Assembly (NCBI GenBank): GCA_001643675.2
Contig: LSRY02000003.1
Location: 744,001-808,000 of the forward strand
Reading direction: 5' to 3'
DNA from: Monocercomonoides exilis PA203
Taxonomy: Eukaryota; Protista; Preaxostyla
Length of the DNA stretch: 64,000 bases
Shown here: positions 1 to 12,300 of the stretch, piece by piece
Position numbering within the stretch: the stretch's first letter is position 1
How the letters are laid out: each line of letters opens with the position of its first letter
The notes under the pieces: generated by a model
What the model was told of the DNA's origin: nothing
Databases searched by the model: none
The model's input: the letters and a program-made list of their open reading frames with translations, nothing else
Program-made: the position numbers and the translations under genes

Positions 1-522
1 TACCCTCAAAAGCCAAAGGAATATAAAAAAACTGTAAAGAATTTGACTGGGGATGAATTATGTGACACATTGGAAAAGCTTGAAAAGTTGCCTGGGTTAT
101 TTTGTGAGGAAGAAACGCTGCCTCTTCTGCAGCCATTGGGAGAACAGAGGGAAGAAGGAGGGGAAGGGAAGAGAGGAGCAGCAAAACATCGTCTTCTTGG
201 TTGGAACAATGACATTCGGAATTGTTTGAAAAGACGGAATATGATGAATGAGCATCATCCTTCTCCTTCTTCACCATTATCACCTTCATTTGCCTAAAAT
301 GCATTGAATGATGGGAGTCAGCCTCATTTTTAGCATCTGAGTAGAAGTGCTTCAGTTGTGATGCAGCAAGAAGAATGCAAACAGATTCCTCTATCATCAT
401 CATCTGTTTCTTGTTCTTCTTCACTGCTTTCTGCATCGCCATCCGATTCATCCTCTTAAACAATCCAGCCTTCCTCTGCCTTTGGACTGTATTACACCAA
501 CTTCAATTCTTCTTTTTCACCA

Positions 523-569
523 TCTTCTTCTTCTTCTTCTTCTTCTTCTTCTTCTTCTTCTTCTTCTTC
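523..569. repeat. (TTC)n microsatellite in a decayed acidic coding relic
   Basis: Uninterrupted TTC run; reads as poly-Glu on the minus strand (ORF 492..692). Confidence 0.9.
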
Positions 570-1629
570 ATTTCCTTTATCTTCTTCCGATTCTTTAATT
601 TCTTTTTCGTCATTTCCTTTTCCACAAGCTGTACCATCTTCAACTTCATTGTTATCTTCTTCTTTAACTCCTTCAATATCATTTTCACTCACTTGACATT
701 GGATCAGATCATCGACCTTCTGATGTGTATTTGCTGTTCAATCTGCAGCTCCGCAAAACCGAAAGGAAAATAGCTTCATTCACTTTTCCTAAACTCGGCA
801 GATCAATCGTCAAATGATTCTTCGTTTCATTTTTTTTTAACATTTCCGATGGTGAAAAAAGCCATCTATTCAGCATCAGTCTTTTCATATTATCTTCTTC
901 ATTGTCTTCTTCAACGCCTTCTTCGATGAACATCAAGAATTATGTTGATTTTTTCATTTCATTCAACTCCTCTCGAATTCACCAAGAGGCATTTAAATCT
1001 GCTGAAATAGGAAACTAAAAAGTAATATTCATTCTGACATAGAATTTCAGCCAGACCTAACACGGAGATGAAATGGGTAATATTGATCCGGAATAGCCGA
1101 ACATCAGGCATGCAGCAAAAAATAGAGATTGCCTCTGACTTTTTTCATTTGGAAGATGAAAGAATTCACCGAAAACAGAAAGAACAGAACAGGATAGGAT
1201 GTTTGGGGCGAATGATTATGAGGATGATCTTCGATTGATTTCACAACGTCATTTGCCTTCAATGGAACGAGAGGATGATTAAATGAGGAGAACATAATTT
1301 ATTAGAAAACAAATGATCGAAGGATAATTCTATTAAAAACATGGGACGAATAACAGATTGACATCTGAATCAGAAAGGCGATAAAATTATAATTTGTAGA
1401 AAACCTTCGAATGAGCTTGAAGAAATTATTTTTGAAGAAAGGAAAACGGATGATTCCATTTAGCAACGAGCTTTATTTTCATTTGATGAAGAAGCCAAAT
1501 CAAATGGAAAATGACAAAGAAATAATATAACCTGTGCTGATTTTGGGCTCTTTGAAAGATATGTGATGATATGTGCTTTAGTTGAAAAGAAGATGGAAGC
1601 TCATAAATATGAAGTGAAATGGAAAATTA

Positions 1630-2987
1630 TCAGAATTTGAAGAAATAGTTTTGAAAATTGTGATAAAGTTCATCATTTGTAGTGAATTTTGTATCGACAG
1701 CGCTGAATATGAGAGTCTTTGTGGGAGTGAAAGTGGAGACGAGAAAAGAGAGAGAGGCATCGCTGAAGGGAGCAATGCATCCGAGGGCATACTCCACTGT
1801 GGCACAGGGGCTTTGCTGTGTTTTGCCACAGGCATCGACATCACTTCCACCATTTGAGACTATTTTGTTCTGGTCGATGATCGGAAGCCAGCCATTATAC
1901 ACGGTATTATCTGCTTGTCCATTATTCCAGACTCTTTTTGATTCTGTTGTTGATCCACATTGCTGGAATGGGGATTGTGTAATATCACTTCCGTAAAAGA
2001 ACACATCATTTCCCCTGCCATTAGTTGCTGTATTTCCATCGAAGAAACAGAATGTGATGAATTTCATTTCATTCATCCAGTTATATGTTGCATAACAGTA
2101 AATGGCAGCGCCTCCATATTTGACAGAGGCAGTTAATTTGTTGTTTATAAACTGGCAATCATTTACAATAAATTGACTTGGCTTATTGCTTGGAGGATAT
2201 GAAAATGTCAGAGAACCAGCAGCATCACCACCAGAATTTGAGATACACTTGCATTTAGAAAACAGGAATTGAAAATTTAACTGATTATTATTTAGTCCAA
2301 AATACCAACCAGTTCCGCACCAATTTGTGATCGAACAACTTTCCACTCTGTTTTCTGAGAATGTCCAAGCAGAATTTGATTGAGGAGTCCATATCGCTGC
2401 TGCTCCTCCATGAGCAGCTGAACAGCTCGAGAAATTGGATTTTGTGAGGCTGATTTTCAACAAGTAATCACAACATAACGCTCCACCACTGTATCCACCT
2501 GTGGTTGAACAATTGTTGAATGAGCAAGAAGTGATTGTGAGATTTGCATTTGTACAAGAAACACAAAGTGCACCTCCTGCAGAAGATCCACCAGTTGAAT
2601 CATTCCATTCGCACCACTCAAAGTGATGGCTGTTCAGATCGAATGAAGTCAGTCTTCCAGGTTTCACTCTTTGAGATTCAGTTCCTATATGAACCACAGG
2701 ATCATTTGATAAAGAGCGTGTTTGGTGAAGGAAAGAGGTGTTGAATGCAGAGAGAGAAGTTGATGGGCTGTTGAGGTTGGGGAGGATGGTTCCATCGATG
2801 GGGTTGTGAGTGTGTTTGAAGATGGTTGAGTGGATGGAGAGAGATGAGTGAAGGGAGAAAGAGGGGATTGTATTGATGTTTGTGTTGGTGGAAGAGGAAG
2901 AAGAGGAAGATGTGGTTGAGGTGAAAGGATTGAGTGAATGTGAAGGAAGGGATGGAAGAGATGGATGGGATTGGGGAGAGGAGATGT
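1630..2987 (-). pseudogene. 3' part of a Cys/Ser-rich beta-helix-like surface-protein gene split by a transposon
   Basis: ORF 1630..2697 has repeated 'CSFNNCS..GGA' units and the family motif 'CGKTQQSPCATVEYAL'. The frame stays open upstream to the TSD at 2980-2987 (..HNPIDGTILPNLNSPSTSLSAFNTSF..). Confidence 0.75.
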
Positions 2988-5900
2988 GGCATAGGTGTAA
3001 ATTGTACCACTTTCAGTTTGGACTTTTTCAAAATTTGAATATTATGGTGTTAATCTACACAATTTAACTAAGCGATCCAAGGAGGGAAAATTCGAAATTC
3101 GACAAAAAAATTTCTTTCAAAAATTTTAAATTTTCTGCACCCATAATTTTTTTATTTTGATCATGTTTTATTGAAATTTCTTTTTCTTGCTTGACATAAT
3201 TCGAATGAAATTATCAATTCAATCGAACAAGATAAAATATAGTTTTTATTGTTTGTTTTGATGAATATTTACCTATATTACTTTTTATGTTGCTTATTTA
3301 TATCGATTTGATAATTTCATATTTCACAAGGATTCGCGCAATTATTTGTTTACACTTTCAAGATGAAATAGATAACAACTTATATAAAAGGAATTAACAT
3401 GATTGGTTTGAAAAATATTCGTAATAATAAGATATTTATATGTATTTAATATTTATTGATTTATATTCTATTATTGGTAATGTATTCGTAGGAACTGGGA
3501 TGAATTTCTGTTTATGAAAGGATGAAGGGAAAGCTGGATTGTGGCAGATGTATTTATTGAGTGAGGTTTAAGAGCAGTTGGCATTTTGAAAGGTGAGGAT
3601 AGGAAAAGGAGATGAAGAACATTGAGAGTGCGTCGAGTTTGCTGCAACAAGAGAGGGAAGATGAAGGAAGGGGAGCATTTGAATGATATAATGCATGAAG
3701 GGAATAGGAAATATCCTTGAAAATTCACAAAAAAAAAGTAATGTTATTTTTGGAGTGATATTTCAAACACTTTTTTCTGTTATTTCTCATCCGCGTTGTT
3801 GTTTTCTTTTTCGTTACATCTTCTATTTCGTTCATTGATGTTTGTGGTTTGTTATTGTTTGAACAATTATTCATAACTGTTTTAAACAAAGCATTCACAA
3901 CAAGCTCGATTATAACAATGCATTCATGTGTTATTTTGACTTTGGATAGCTGCAAACGTTAGCCGATACAATTATAAAAGAAATGAGTGCGAATTAGTAA
4001 AAACTTGCACAAATAAAAAACAATTAATTCAATTATTCATCTTTTTCAAAGTTTTATTAATTAAAGATAAAAAAAATAGCAATGAGCAAATAGCGCATTC
4101 TTATAATTTAAAAAAATTGCAAAGTTGGTTTTTTAAATTGCTTCTGTCTGGATAAGGAATTATGTACCACTCTATCTGCAGTGTGTGATTCGATATTTGT
4201 GGTGCAGAGTTCGAATTTATTTTTTTTTTCACCTTTAATAGAAATTAATAGAAACTGTGGTGGAGATGGTACAAAAAGCAAATCCAAGATTGGATTCTCT
4301 CCTTCAGACCTGTGATTTGCCGTTATTTCAACAGGCAAAAATATTTCGACTCCAACATACATCCAAACACATTTGTCGACAAACTTCCTATTCCGTTGTC
4401 CAAGTAGAAGAAAGAGAATTCTTTGCAATCACGCTCTCTGTCTTCCCTTAACTTGTCATTATTATCTTCTTTTCCCAACACTGATCTTCGCCCCTTCGCT
4501 CACATGCCTCCCATCCAGCAACGTGATTGTCGAGCTCAGCTGCGCCATGCTCGACCCCACTGCATGCCCCACTGTCTTGCACGGCGCTGCCTCGCTCATC
4601 CCACACAGATTGTTTGCGTCACTTCCATCCACCCCAACATATCGATCCTTCATCCCTTCCTTCACCCAATCCTTCTTTTCTGTATGCTTGTAATACCAAT
4701 TGTTTGATTGTGAATATGCATGACAAATTCTATTTTCATTTGTATTCGTTGTGTATGATTCATAGAACGGATTATTCGATGAAAAGAGATTGTAGTCATC
4801 TCGAAAATACACATCATGGCCATATGGAGTGGAATTAGTGCAACTACAATCGTGGAAGAAGAAGAAATAGCAATAAAGGTTGTTGCTTGGAGCTATTTGT
4901 TGATTTGGGTAAAATCTAAATCCTCCGCCATATGACACTGCAGAGCACGAAATGAACTGGAGGCTCCTCATTTTGAATGCAGCTGGAACAGCTCTACAAT
5001 ACATCCCTCCGCCATAAGAATTTGTAAGAGAGCATGAAGTGAATAAGCACTCAAACACACACGCACTCTCCCCTCCCTCATTTTCTGTTCCAATACAGAA
5101 AGATCCAGAAACCTGAAAATTATCGAGATAAAGTCCTCCTCCATTACTGTATGCCTTACAGATCTGGAACTCGCACCCACTGATCCGAACACACGATGAA
5201 ATCGTCAAAATGAACATTCCACCCCCTCGATAACTTTGCGCAGTACATGAATCAAATGTGTTATTCACAATCTCAACAGACTTAATATTGTAGCAATTTA
5301 TTCCGCCGCCTGCATAATGAGCATAGCAGTTGCTGAAAGTGCAATGAGAAACAGACACAGAGGCAGATGATTGACTGAACATGCAGATTGCCCCTCCACT
5401 TGACATTCCATCTGAGTATGAATTTTCTGTTCCTGTTGTCTTCGACCCATTCCACTCGCACCAAATAAACGAATTTGCTCCATTTTCCGTTGTGTTTTGT
5501 CTCCCTGGCTTCAATGGTACCTCTGCATTTCCTTCACATTTCACATTCCTTGTCCTGCAACACCCAATAAACGAGGTGTTTGAGGCAGTCAAAGAGGCAT
5601 AGGGGTTGTTGAGGTAATGAACAATTCCGCCATCATATGCATCACAGACTGATGAAAATGAGCAACTATTCATAAAACATGTGATTTGGGTTGACATTGT
5701 GGTTGAAGGTGAGCATGCCTCATTTGCTGTTGAGATGTTGAAAATTGTCAAATGAGAAAGGGATACAAGGGGTATAGATGGTGAAAAGAAAAATGGGGAA
5801 GAAGATGAGAAATGCGATTCGCTCACAAAAATTCTTCCTATACATTCTCCTCCTTCCCCACTCCTCTTGGCAAAGCGTCGCAAAATATCATTATGTGGAT

Positions 5901-6987
5901 ATATCCCTTTTTCTGCCTCTATTGCTGCTGCTTCCGAAAAGATTTTTGTAAAAAAAAATTCCACAAAATTTCTTTTCCCGTTCGCTCCATTTTTTCCGTT
6001 TCGCTCATTCTGCCAAACACTCTTCGGTTGCCCATTTCTCCCAATTTCTTCTAGGAATGCTCATAAAAAAGGCAGTGTTTCCACATCCCATGTTTCATGC
6101 TCCCCCAGCGCTTCTCATAACACCTGATCGCATCACACATCAATCAAATCAAAAAATACAAATACAAATAAAAATAAAAAATGGAACATGAAGAAAATGA
6201 ACAAACAAGAATAAAATACCTCCACAAATCTTCATTTCCCTTCACTCCCCTCATCCCCTGTTTGCCTCTCTCCAAATACCTCTCACCCCAACATCATCCA
6301 CTCCAAGCACCACACCACACCACGCCTTCGCCTTTCAAATCTAATTCCGAATAAAGAAAAAATTAAATGTTGTTTTCACCCGCTCTTCCATTGCCCATTC
6401 AATTTCACTCTCAGCATTTTTCTCTCTCCTCTTCCTCCATCCAGCCCTCAATCCAAAAAAATGCAGTTGAAGCCTGATCTTCATTTTGCCAAAAATGTTT
6501 CAAGTTCAGTTCAATTTAAAAGAGAGAAAATACAGCATATGAAAATTTTAATAAACATTTAAAAATTATTAATATACTTGCAAATGTTTATTTACATTAT
6601 TTCTTCGATGAAGTTGTTGAAGCATTTCACTTTATTTTCTTAAAACGGCAGCATCCTGAATTTATTGAATTTATACAAATAAGCAACATAAAAGTAATAT
6701 AGGTAAATATTCATCAAAACAAACAATAAAAACTATATTTTATCTTGTTCGATTGAATTGATAATTTCATTCGAACTATGTCAAGCAAGAAAAAGAAATT
6801 TCAATAAAATATGATCAAAATAAAAAAATTATGGGTGCAGAAAATTTAAAATTTTTGAAAGAAATTTTTTTGTCGAATTTCGAATTTTCCCTCCTTGGAT
6901 CGCTTAGTTAAATTGTGTAGATTAACACCATAATATTCAAATTTTGAAAAAGTCCAAACTGAAAGTGGTACAATTTACACCTATGCC
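2988..6987. mobile_element. Non-autonomous cargo-carrying Merlin/IS1595-type element (Pack element 1)
   Basis: ~310-bp near-identical TIRs (2988-3299 / 6676-6987) starting GGCATAGGTGTAAATTG; perfect 8-bp TSD GGAGATGT (2980-2987, 6988-6995); no transposase inside. Confidence 0.9.
4462..5964 (-). CDS. Cargo ORF (500 aa), surface-protein family fragment with an apparently unrelated N-terminal segment
   Basis: Open 500 codons; pectin-lyase-like repeats (CxFxxC..GGG) and 'CGMSEAAPCKTVGHAV'; paralogous to ORF 1630..2697 (shared KPGR..F.WCEWN). Confidence 0.75.
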   Translation of the reverse strand: MEFFFTKIFSEAAAIEAEKGIYPHNDILRRFAKRSGEGGECIGRIFVSESHFSSSSPFFFSPSIPLVSLSHLTIFNISTANEACSPSTTMSTQITCFMNSCSFSSVCDAYDGGIVHYLNNPYASLTASNTSFIGCCRTRNVKCEGNAEVPLKPGRQNTTENGANSFIWCEWNGSKTTGTENSYSDGMSSGGAICMFSQSSASVSVSHCTFSNCYAHYAGGGINCYNIKSVEIVNNTFDSCTAQSYRGGGMFILTISSCVRISGCEFQICKAYSNGGGLYLDNFQVSGSFCIGTENEGGESACVFECLFTSCSLTNSYGGGMYCRAVPAAFKMRSLQFISCSAVSYGGGFRFYPNQQIAPSNNLYCYFFFFHDCSCTNSTPYGHDVYFRDDYNLFSSNNPFYESYTTNTNENRICHAYSQSNNWYYKHTEKKDWVKEGMKDRYVGVDGSDANNLCGMSEAAPCKTVGHAVGSSMAQLSSTITLLDGRHVSEGAKISVGKRR

Positions 6988-7530
6988 GGAGATGTTGGAG
7001 AAGAGGGTGTTTGAGAGATGGAGGTTGAGGTGGATTTGGAGGTGAGGATGGGATTGGTGATGGACATGGAGAGGGGAAGGGGAAGAGGAAGAGGAAATAG
7101 AAGGGGAAAGGGAAGGGGAAGGGGAAGAAGAGGAAGAGGATGAGGATGAGGAAGATGAAGGAGAAGGGGAAAGGGAAGGAGATGGAGAAGGGAAAGGGGA
7201 AGAGAGGGAAGAAGGAGAAAAAAGGAAGGGCTGGACGAGGGAGACGAACGAGGAAAGAGGAATGGGAGATGGAGATGGAGGCAGGGATTGGAGAGTGGGC
7301 ATCTGAATGGAGATTGTTTGGGGTGGAGAAGAGGGGGAAGGAGAAGACGGCAGGTTGGTGGGTGGTGAGGGTGAAGTTGGTGAAGGAGAGAAAGGCACGG
7401 GCAGAGAGGAAGAGGGGGCAGTGGTGGTTGTGGTTGTTGCTGAGGGAAGGTGTTTGGATGTGGTAGGTGGAGGAGAAAATTGTGAAAGCAAATAACGCTT
7501 TCTAGTGATAAAGAATGCGCAGTCAACAAG
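6988..7530 (-). pseudogene. 5' Ser/Pro-rich part of the gene split by Pack element 1
   Basis: The frame of ORF 6937..7734 (..LSNTLFSNIS) joins in frame with sequence below 2988 once the element and one TSD copy are removed. The true start is uncertain. Confidence 0.65.
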
Positions 7531-8404
7531 AGGGATTACGCTGAGGAAGCTTATCCATAAATAGGTGTTGATGAGTGTGAAATTTGTAAAAGGACAACAT
7601 ATGCAAGTTAAATATTTAACTTGAACATAAAAAACAAATTCTTTATCTTTCTTTAAATTTCTGTCACTCTTTTTTATCTTTCCATAAAACAATATTATTT
7701 TTGAAACGACGAATTCACAATAAATCTTTAACAAAAGAAATTGCTTTTGAAGTTAAATTTTTGTCAATTCTAATAATAACTATCAATTCCTTGCTCACTT
7801 TTTCTAAACTCAAATTTTATTAAATTTAGTGAAAAACTCATTAAGTTATATTCATTATTTTCAAATAAATTTATATGAAAAAAGCTGTTTGTGCTCATGC
7901 ATGTGTTTTTGTTACTATTTCTCGAAACTTCAATAAATAACAATTTTTGAACAACAAAAAAATATAAAGAGATATCTTTCAATTCATATTTGTTCGTTAT
8001 ATATTGAAATTGTTTAAATGAAGCAAAAACATTTGAAAACCATTCTGAAATGTAATTTTTCAAAAAGTTAGACAAAATTGCTTAGACTGTTTCCTAAACA
8101 GTCACCTCAAAAATATAAATTCAATGTGCTCTGATAGAGATGACTCCTTTGAAAATAGTATCTCCTTGCTGAAAAAAACATCAATAAAAAATCATTTCAC
8201 TGGATAAAAAGTATTATTTATTTTGCGATCAAGAATAATTATTGAAAATTACTATCACTTTTTATTTTTGCAAATATTAAGAAAAAATACAGATTTTTGT
8301 TTTTACATCTTGGTTTTTATTGATTAAATATGTCGTTTCGTAATTCTCATGCATCCGAAAAAAAACAATGAAAAATAATTATTTCAAAAATAATCACCCA
8401 TATT

Positions 8405-8498
8405 TATTTTGAAATCTGATAAAGGGAAATAAAGTTATAAGTTAAGCTATTTTTTAGTGTTTTGTGCAAAAAATGCTTGAAAGTCCATATTTTCCCCC
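8405..8498. repeat. Solo copy of the right end of the 19418-21330 element family
   Basis: AAATCTGA..TGTGCAAAAAATGCTTGAAAGTCCATATTTTCCCCC matches ~21243-21330. Confidence 0.7.
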
Positions 8499-8610
8499 AT
8501 TTATTCTTTAGAAGATTCGTGAATGGAAACAGAAATTTTTGCTAAATTTGATAATTTTGATTCATTTGTAAATAAACCATTTGCGATTTTTCAAAAAGAA
8601 TTACACATAT

Positions 8611-8865
8611 GGGTGATTATTTTTGAAATCATAACTTTTTTCGGTGTGTTGTTTTTTCAAATTCTGCTTGTTATTGGAAAAAGCTTTTGAATTCAAATGC
8701 TTTATTTTTCACAAATGCTATAAGGATAAGTGAATCAGGTGAAATAAAAATTAATATTTTTTTATTGAGTCTTTTCACTCTTTTGTGTTCATTAAATTTT
8801 ATTCTAAGGATATTTTTGAACAGAAAAATTTGAATGAAAATATATGATTTCAAAAATAATCACCT
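8611..8865. mobile_element. MITE with GGGTGATT termini
   Basis: TIR GGGTGATTATTTTTGAAATCATA / TATGATTTCAAAAATAATCACCT; 4-bp TSD ATAT on both sides. Confidence 0.8.
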
Positions 8866-9323
8866 ATATTTATGACAGGAAAGAGGCAAAAAGCATTTTG
8901 TACACTGCACAGCTTCGAACATGCAAATAGAGACAAATAGATGATGAATTCAATTCAGAAAATCACAAACAAAGAAAAAAAGGAAGAAGCATTTTGACCT
9001 ACACATAAATTTAATTGCTAATTTTCTTTCTTTTTTTTTTTTGAAACTCTGTGCACAATTCATCTTTATTTCATTTCATTTTCAAGAAAAAAATGAAATT
9101 ACAAATGAATTTTGTTTAATATTTTTTTCTTTTTTTTAATTTTTATTTTTTTTTATTCTTTTGTTTATTAAAAACATAAAAAAAAAATAAATACTTGTTT
9201 CGAAATCATATCAGAAAAAGATTAGAAGAAAAAGTCGATATTTTCATGAATACAAAAATTATGTCTTATGTGTGAATATTTGTTTGCAAAAAAAATCACT
9301 GCTGAGAAATGTATTTGACAAGT

Positions 9324-12300
9324 GGGTGAAAATTTTTGAAAAATCACTTTTTTTTAGCCTGATCTGTCCCACAATAACTCAAAGGCAAATTCTTGTTTCC
9401 CGTAATTATAACTCCTTCAATTTACTCATTCATTTTTTTTCAAACATAAGCATTTGATTCTTTCCTTGTAAGAATTTTAATCATTGACATTATCTGTATA
9501 TAACAATAATTGAAGTTTATTTGTATTTTTTGCAGTAATAAAGCTGCAATGTATTTAACTTGAATTTTTCTATGCTAATTTTTCAATAAAACGAGTTTCA
9601 CTTATATATGTGTGTGATATAGCAATCATAATCAGTAAAATCTCGATGTGAGAATAAATTTATTTTAGATTTGTTTTATATCCGGAGATTTTTGAATGTT
9701 TAATTTAACAATTTTTCAGCTTTGACACTATTGAAGAATTAATATGAAGCGTATAAAAATGAATAAATGTTTATTTCTGTTCAATAAAAGTTATACAATT
9801 GAAAAACAAGGTATTTTTATACAAAAACTAAAGTTATTAATGATCGATATGTAAAGTCTATGATTTGGTTTGAAGAATGCAATTTCAAAGAAATAATGAA
9901 TGACTCATACGTTTTTTCATTTTATATCATTCATAGCTCAGTCAGCTGTTTCATTTATATGAACTTTCTTTTGATTCTTCAATTTATGAAGAACATAGAT
10001 GTGCTTTGGCAGTGCGAAGGCAAAGAAGTTAAGAAAAGAAGGCAGCTGTAAATGTGCAGTCATCAGGATAATTATCGGCTCCAGCGTTCATCCCTTTTGA
10101 TGCGTTGGTTCCAGCAGCTTCATTTATTTTTGTAGCAGCGAAAGAAGTTATCGAGAGACGGATGCAGATTGTGGTGCCTTAAGCATCTTGTGTGTATTCA
10201 AATCAAAAGAATCAATTTCCTTGGTCGCTGCAGACGCTGCAAGGTTATATCGTTACGCTTTCGACGATGGTTTCTGTTCTACTGATGGAGACGCTTCCTT
10301 CTCTTGCGGAGTCTGCGGGAACGAAGTCGTGGTGCAAGAGGATTTTTGCAACGGTTGATGTGACTGCGTTCCCGTCAATCAACGATCTGCATAACCCGTC
10401 GCTGCAGATATGGCGATAGCGCTGCTGGTATCGCGATCATTGAACTCGTGGCTTGCAATGGTGAAGCTGGATGATAAAGTGATGGGGCGAGGGATTGCAG
10501 TGTACGAAGTGGAAGAGAGGAGTGACGGAAAGGCGCTTGTGTCAGGGTGGTCGAAGATGGAAGATGTGGTTCTGTCACCAGCACCGATTGCGCAAGCGGT
10601 GCTGGAAGAAGGAAAAGAAGAAGAAGTTGGAAAGGAAAAGGAGGCGAATCTGTTGAGCGGGCTGGCAGAGCAGCTGCAGGAGAAGAACGAAATAATCCTG
10701 AAGAAGAAGAAGATTTTGTAGCTGAGCGAGGAGCACAACGCAGAGGTGATGCAGGTGATGCAGTGGAAGGAGAAGAAGTGATGGGCACAGCAAGGAGGAG
10801 TGGTGAGTATGGATGGAAAGTGGAAACTGGCTTGTCGGGGGTTACAATTTCCATATCTTCTTCATTAATTTATGTGTATAATGGGGTGGTTCAGTCTTCG
10901 GAGTCATTGATTCTGCCGTTGGGGCTGTGCGAAAAGTGCCAGGAGAAGTTATCAGAGATCATCAGGGATGGCATCGCTTTTTTGCTTGGGCCAGACACGA
11001 GTAGGAAGAGGGTTGTTGTGAAAGTGGGGAGCGAGGTGAGTGATGTGGGAGAAGGAAACAGCGGAAGGCGAAAGAGTGTTTGCGGTGGTGGAAGAGCAGA
11101 TGCAACTGTACGGGAGAAGATGAGCAAAATGAAGAATGAAAGGAAGATGCAGATGGTGCTGTCATAAGTTCCGGAGCAGAAGATAAGCAAGCAGAAGGAG
11201 CTGAACAATAAGGAAATTGAAAAGCAGTATGCAGCACTTGTAGAAAAAAAGGTGGAACTAACGAAAATGAAGGTGAAGAATCAAGAGACAGTGCATTAGC
11301 TTGTTGGGCAAGTGAAGAAGATGGAGGAGCAGGTGGAGATGTGAACTTTAGCATGGGCAGGAAAGATGGAGCAGATAAAAATGTGGCGAGGATGTGGATG
11401 ATGATGAAAAGGCAAAAGAAAGAGTGCGATCGCGCTGTCTGAGATTCCGCTGTCACCGCACGACGATCCGAAGAAAGAGCGGGAAGAGTCGAAGTGGCCT
11501 GAGAAGTCACCGGGTTGAACGTGGACAGGGTTGTCTGGGGCATCTGTGGTGGTTCCGCCAGCACTGGAGACGGTGATGGAGCGGCTGATGAAAACTGATT
11601 CTGAGTAGCTGGCGCAGGTGGAGCTTGAAACAGTACATGTACTTCAGATGATACACCAGCTACAATCGTCTGTATCTGTGCAGCGTCCGCTGAATTTGCT
11701 GTTGTCAGTGCTGCAATTGTTGCTAGCGTGAACAATACAGAAGATACGGGGGATATACGGAGACAAGATCGTGACATATAAAAGCGGGGGAAGTCTTGGG
11801 TAGGCGGGGATTGTGCTTCCGACTGGGAGGTTTGGAGATTTTGTGTATATGTGTCCATGGGAGAACCATGCGGCGCAGAAGAAGAGCGAAACAGCGCGGT
11901 TGGATATGATCAACGGATTGGAGCTGTTCCGGAAGTTCTTTCTTTTGATATAGCCATTTAATATGTCTGCATTGGAGGATTATTCTTGAAATGAGCTGTC
12001 ATTTTTGATGTCATTCAACACGGTGCTTGAAGGGGCATTGGAAAAGAAGATCAAGATGTTTTTTGGGGTGTCTAAGTGATTTTATTCGGTGAAGGGAGAG
12101 GTCAACGCGTATGTGTTCCTGAGGTATTTGAAGAACTACAACATGGCTGATGCAGAGAAGCGGAAGGAGGCCATGAAGGCGCTGTATGATGCGATATACA
12201 ATGGCGCCCCATCGACTTCATCATCAACATCGTCATCATCGCCAGGGGCAGTATGCAGAGGGTTCACATTCTCGAAGAAAGAGTGTCTTTTGTGTGTGTG

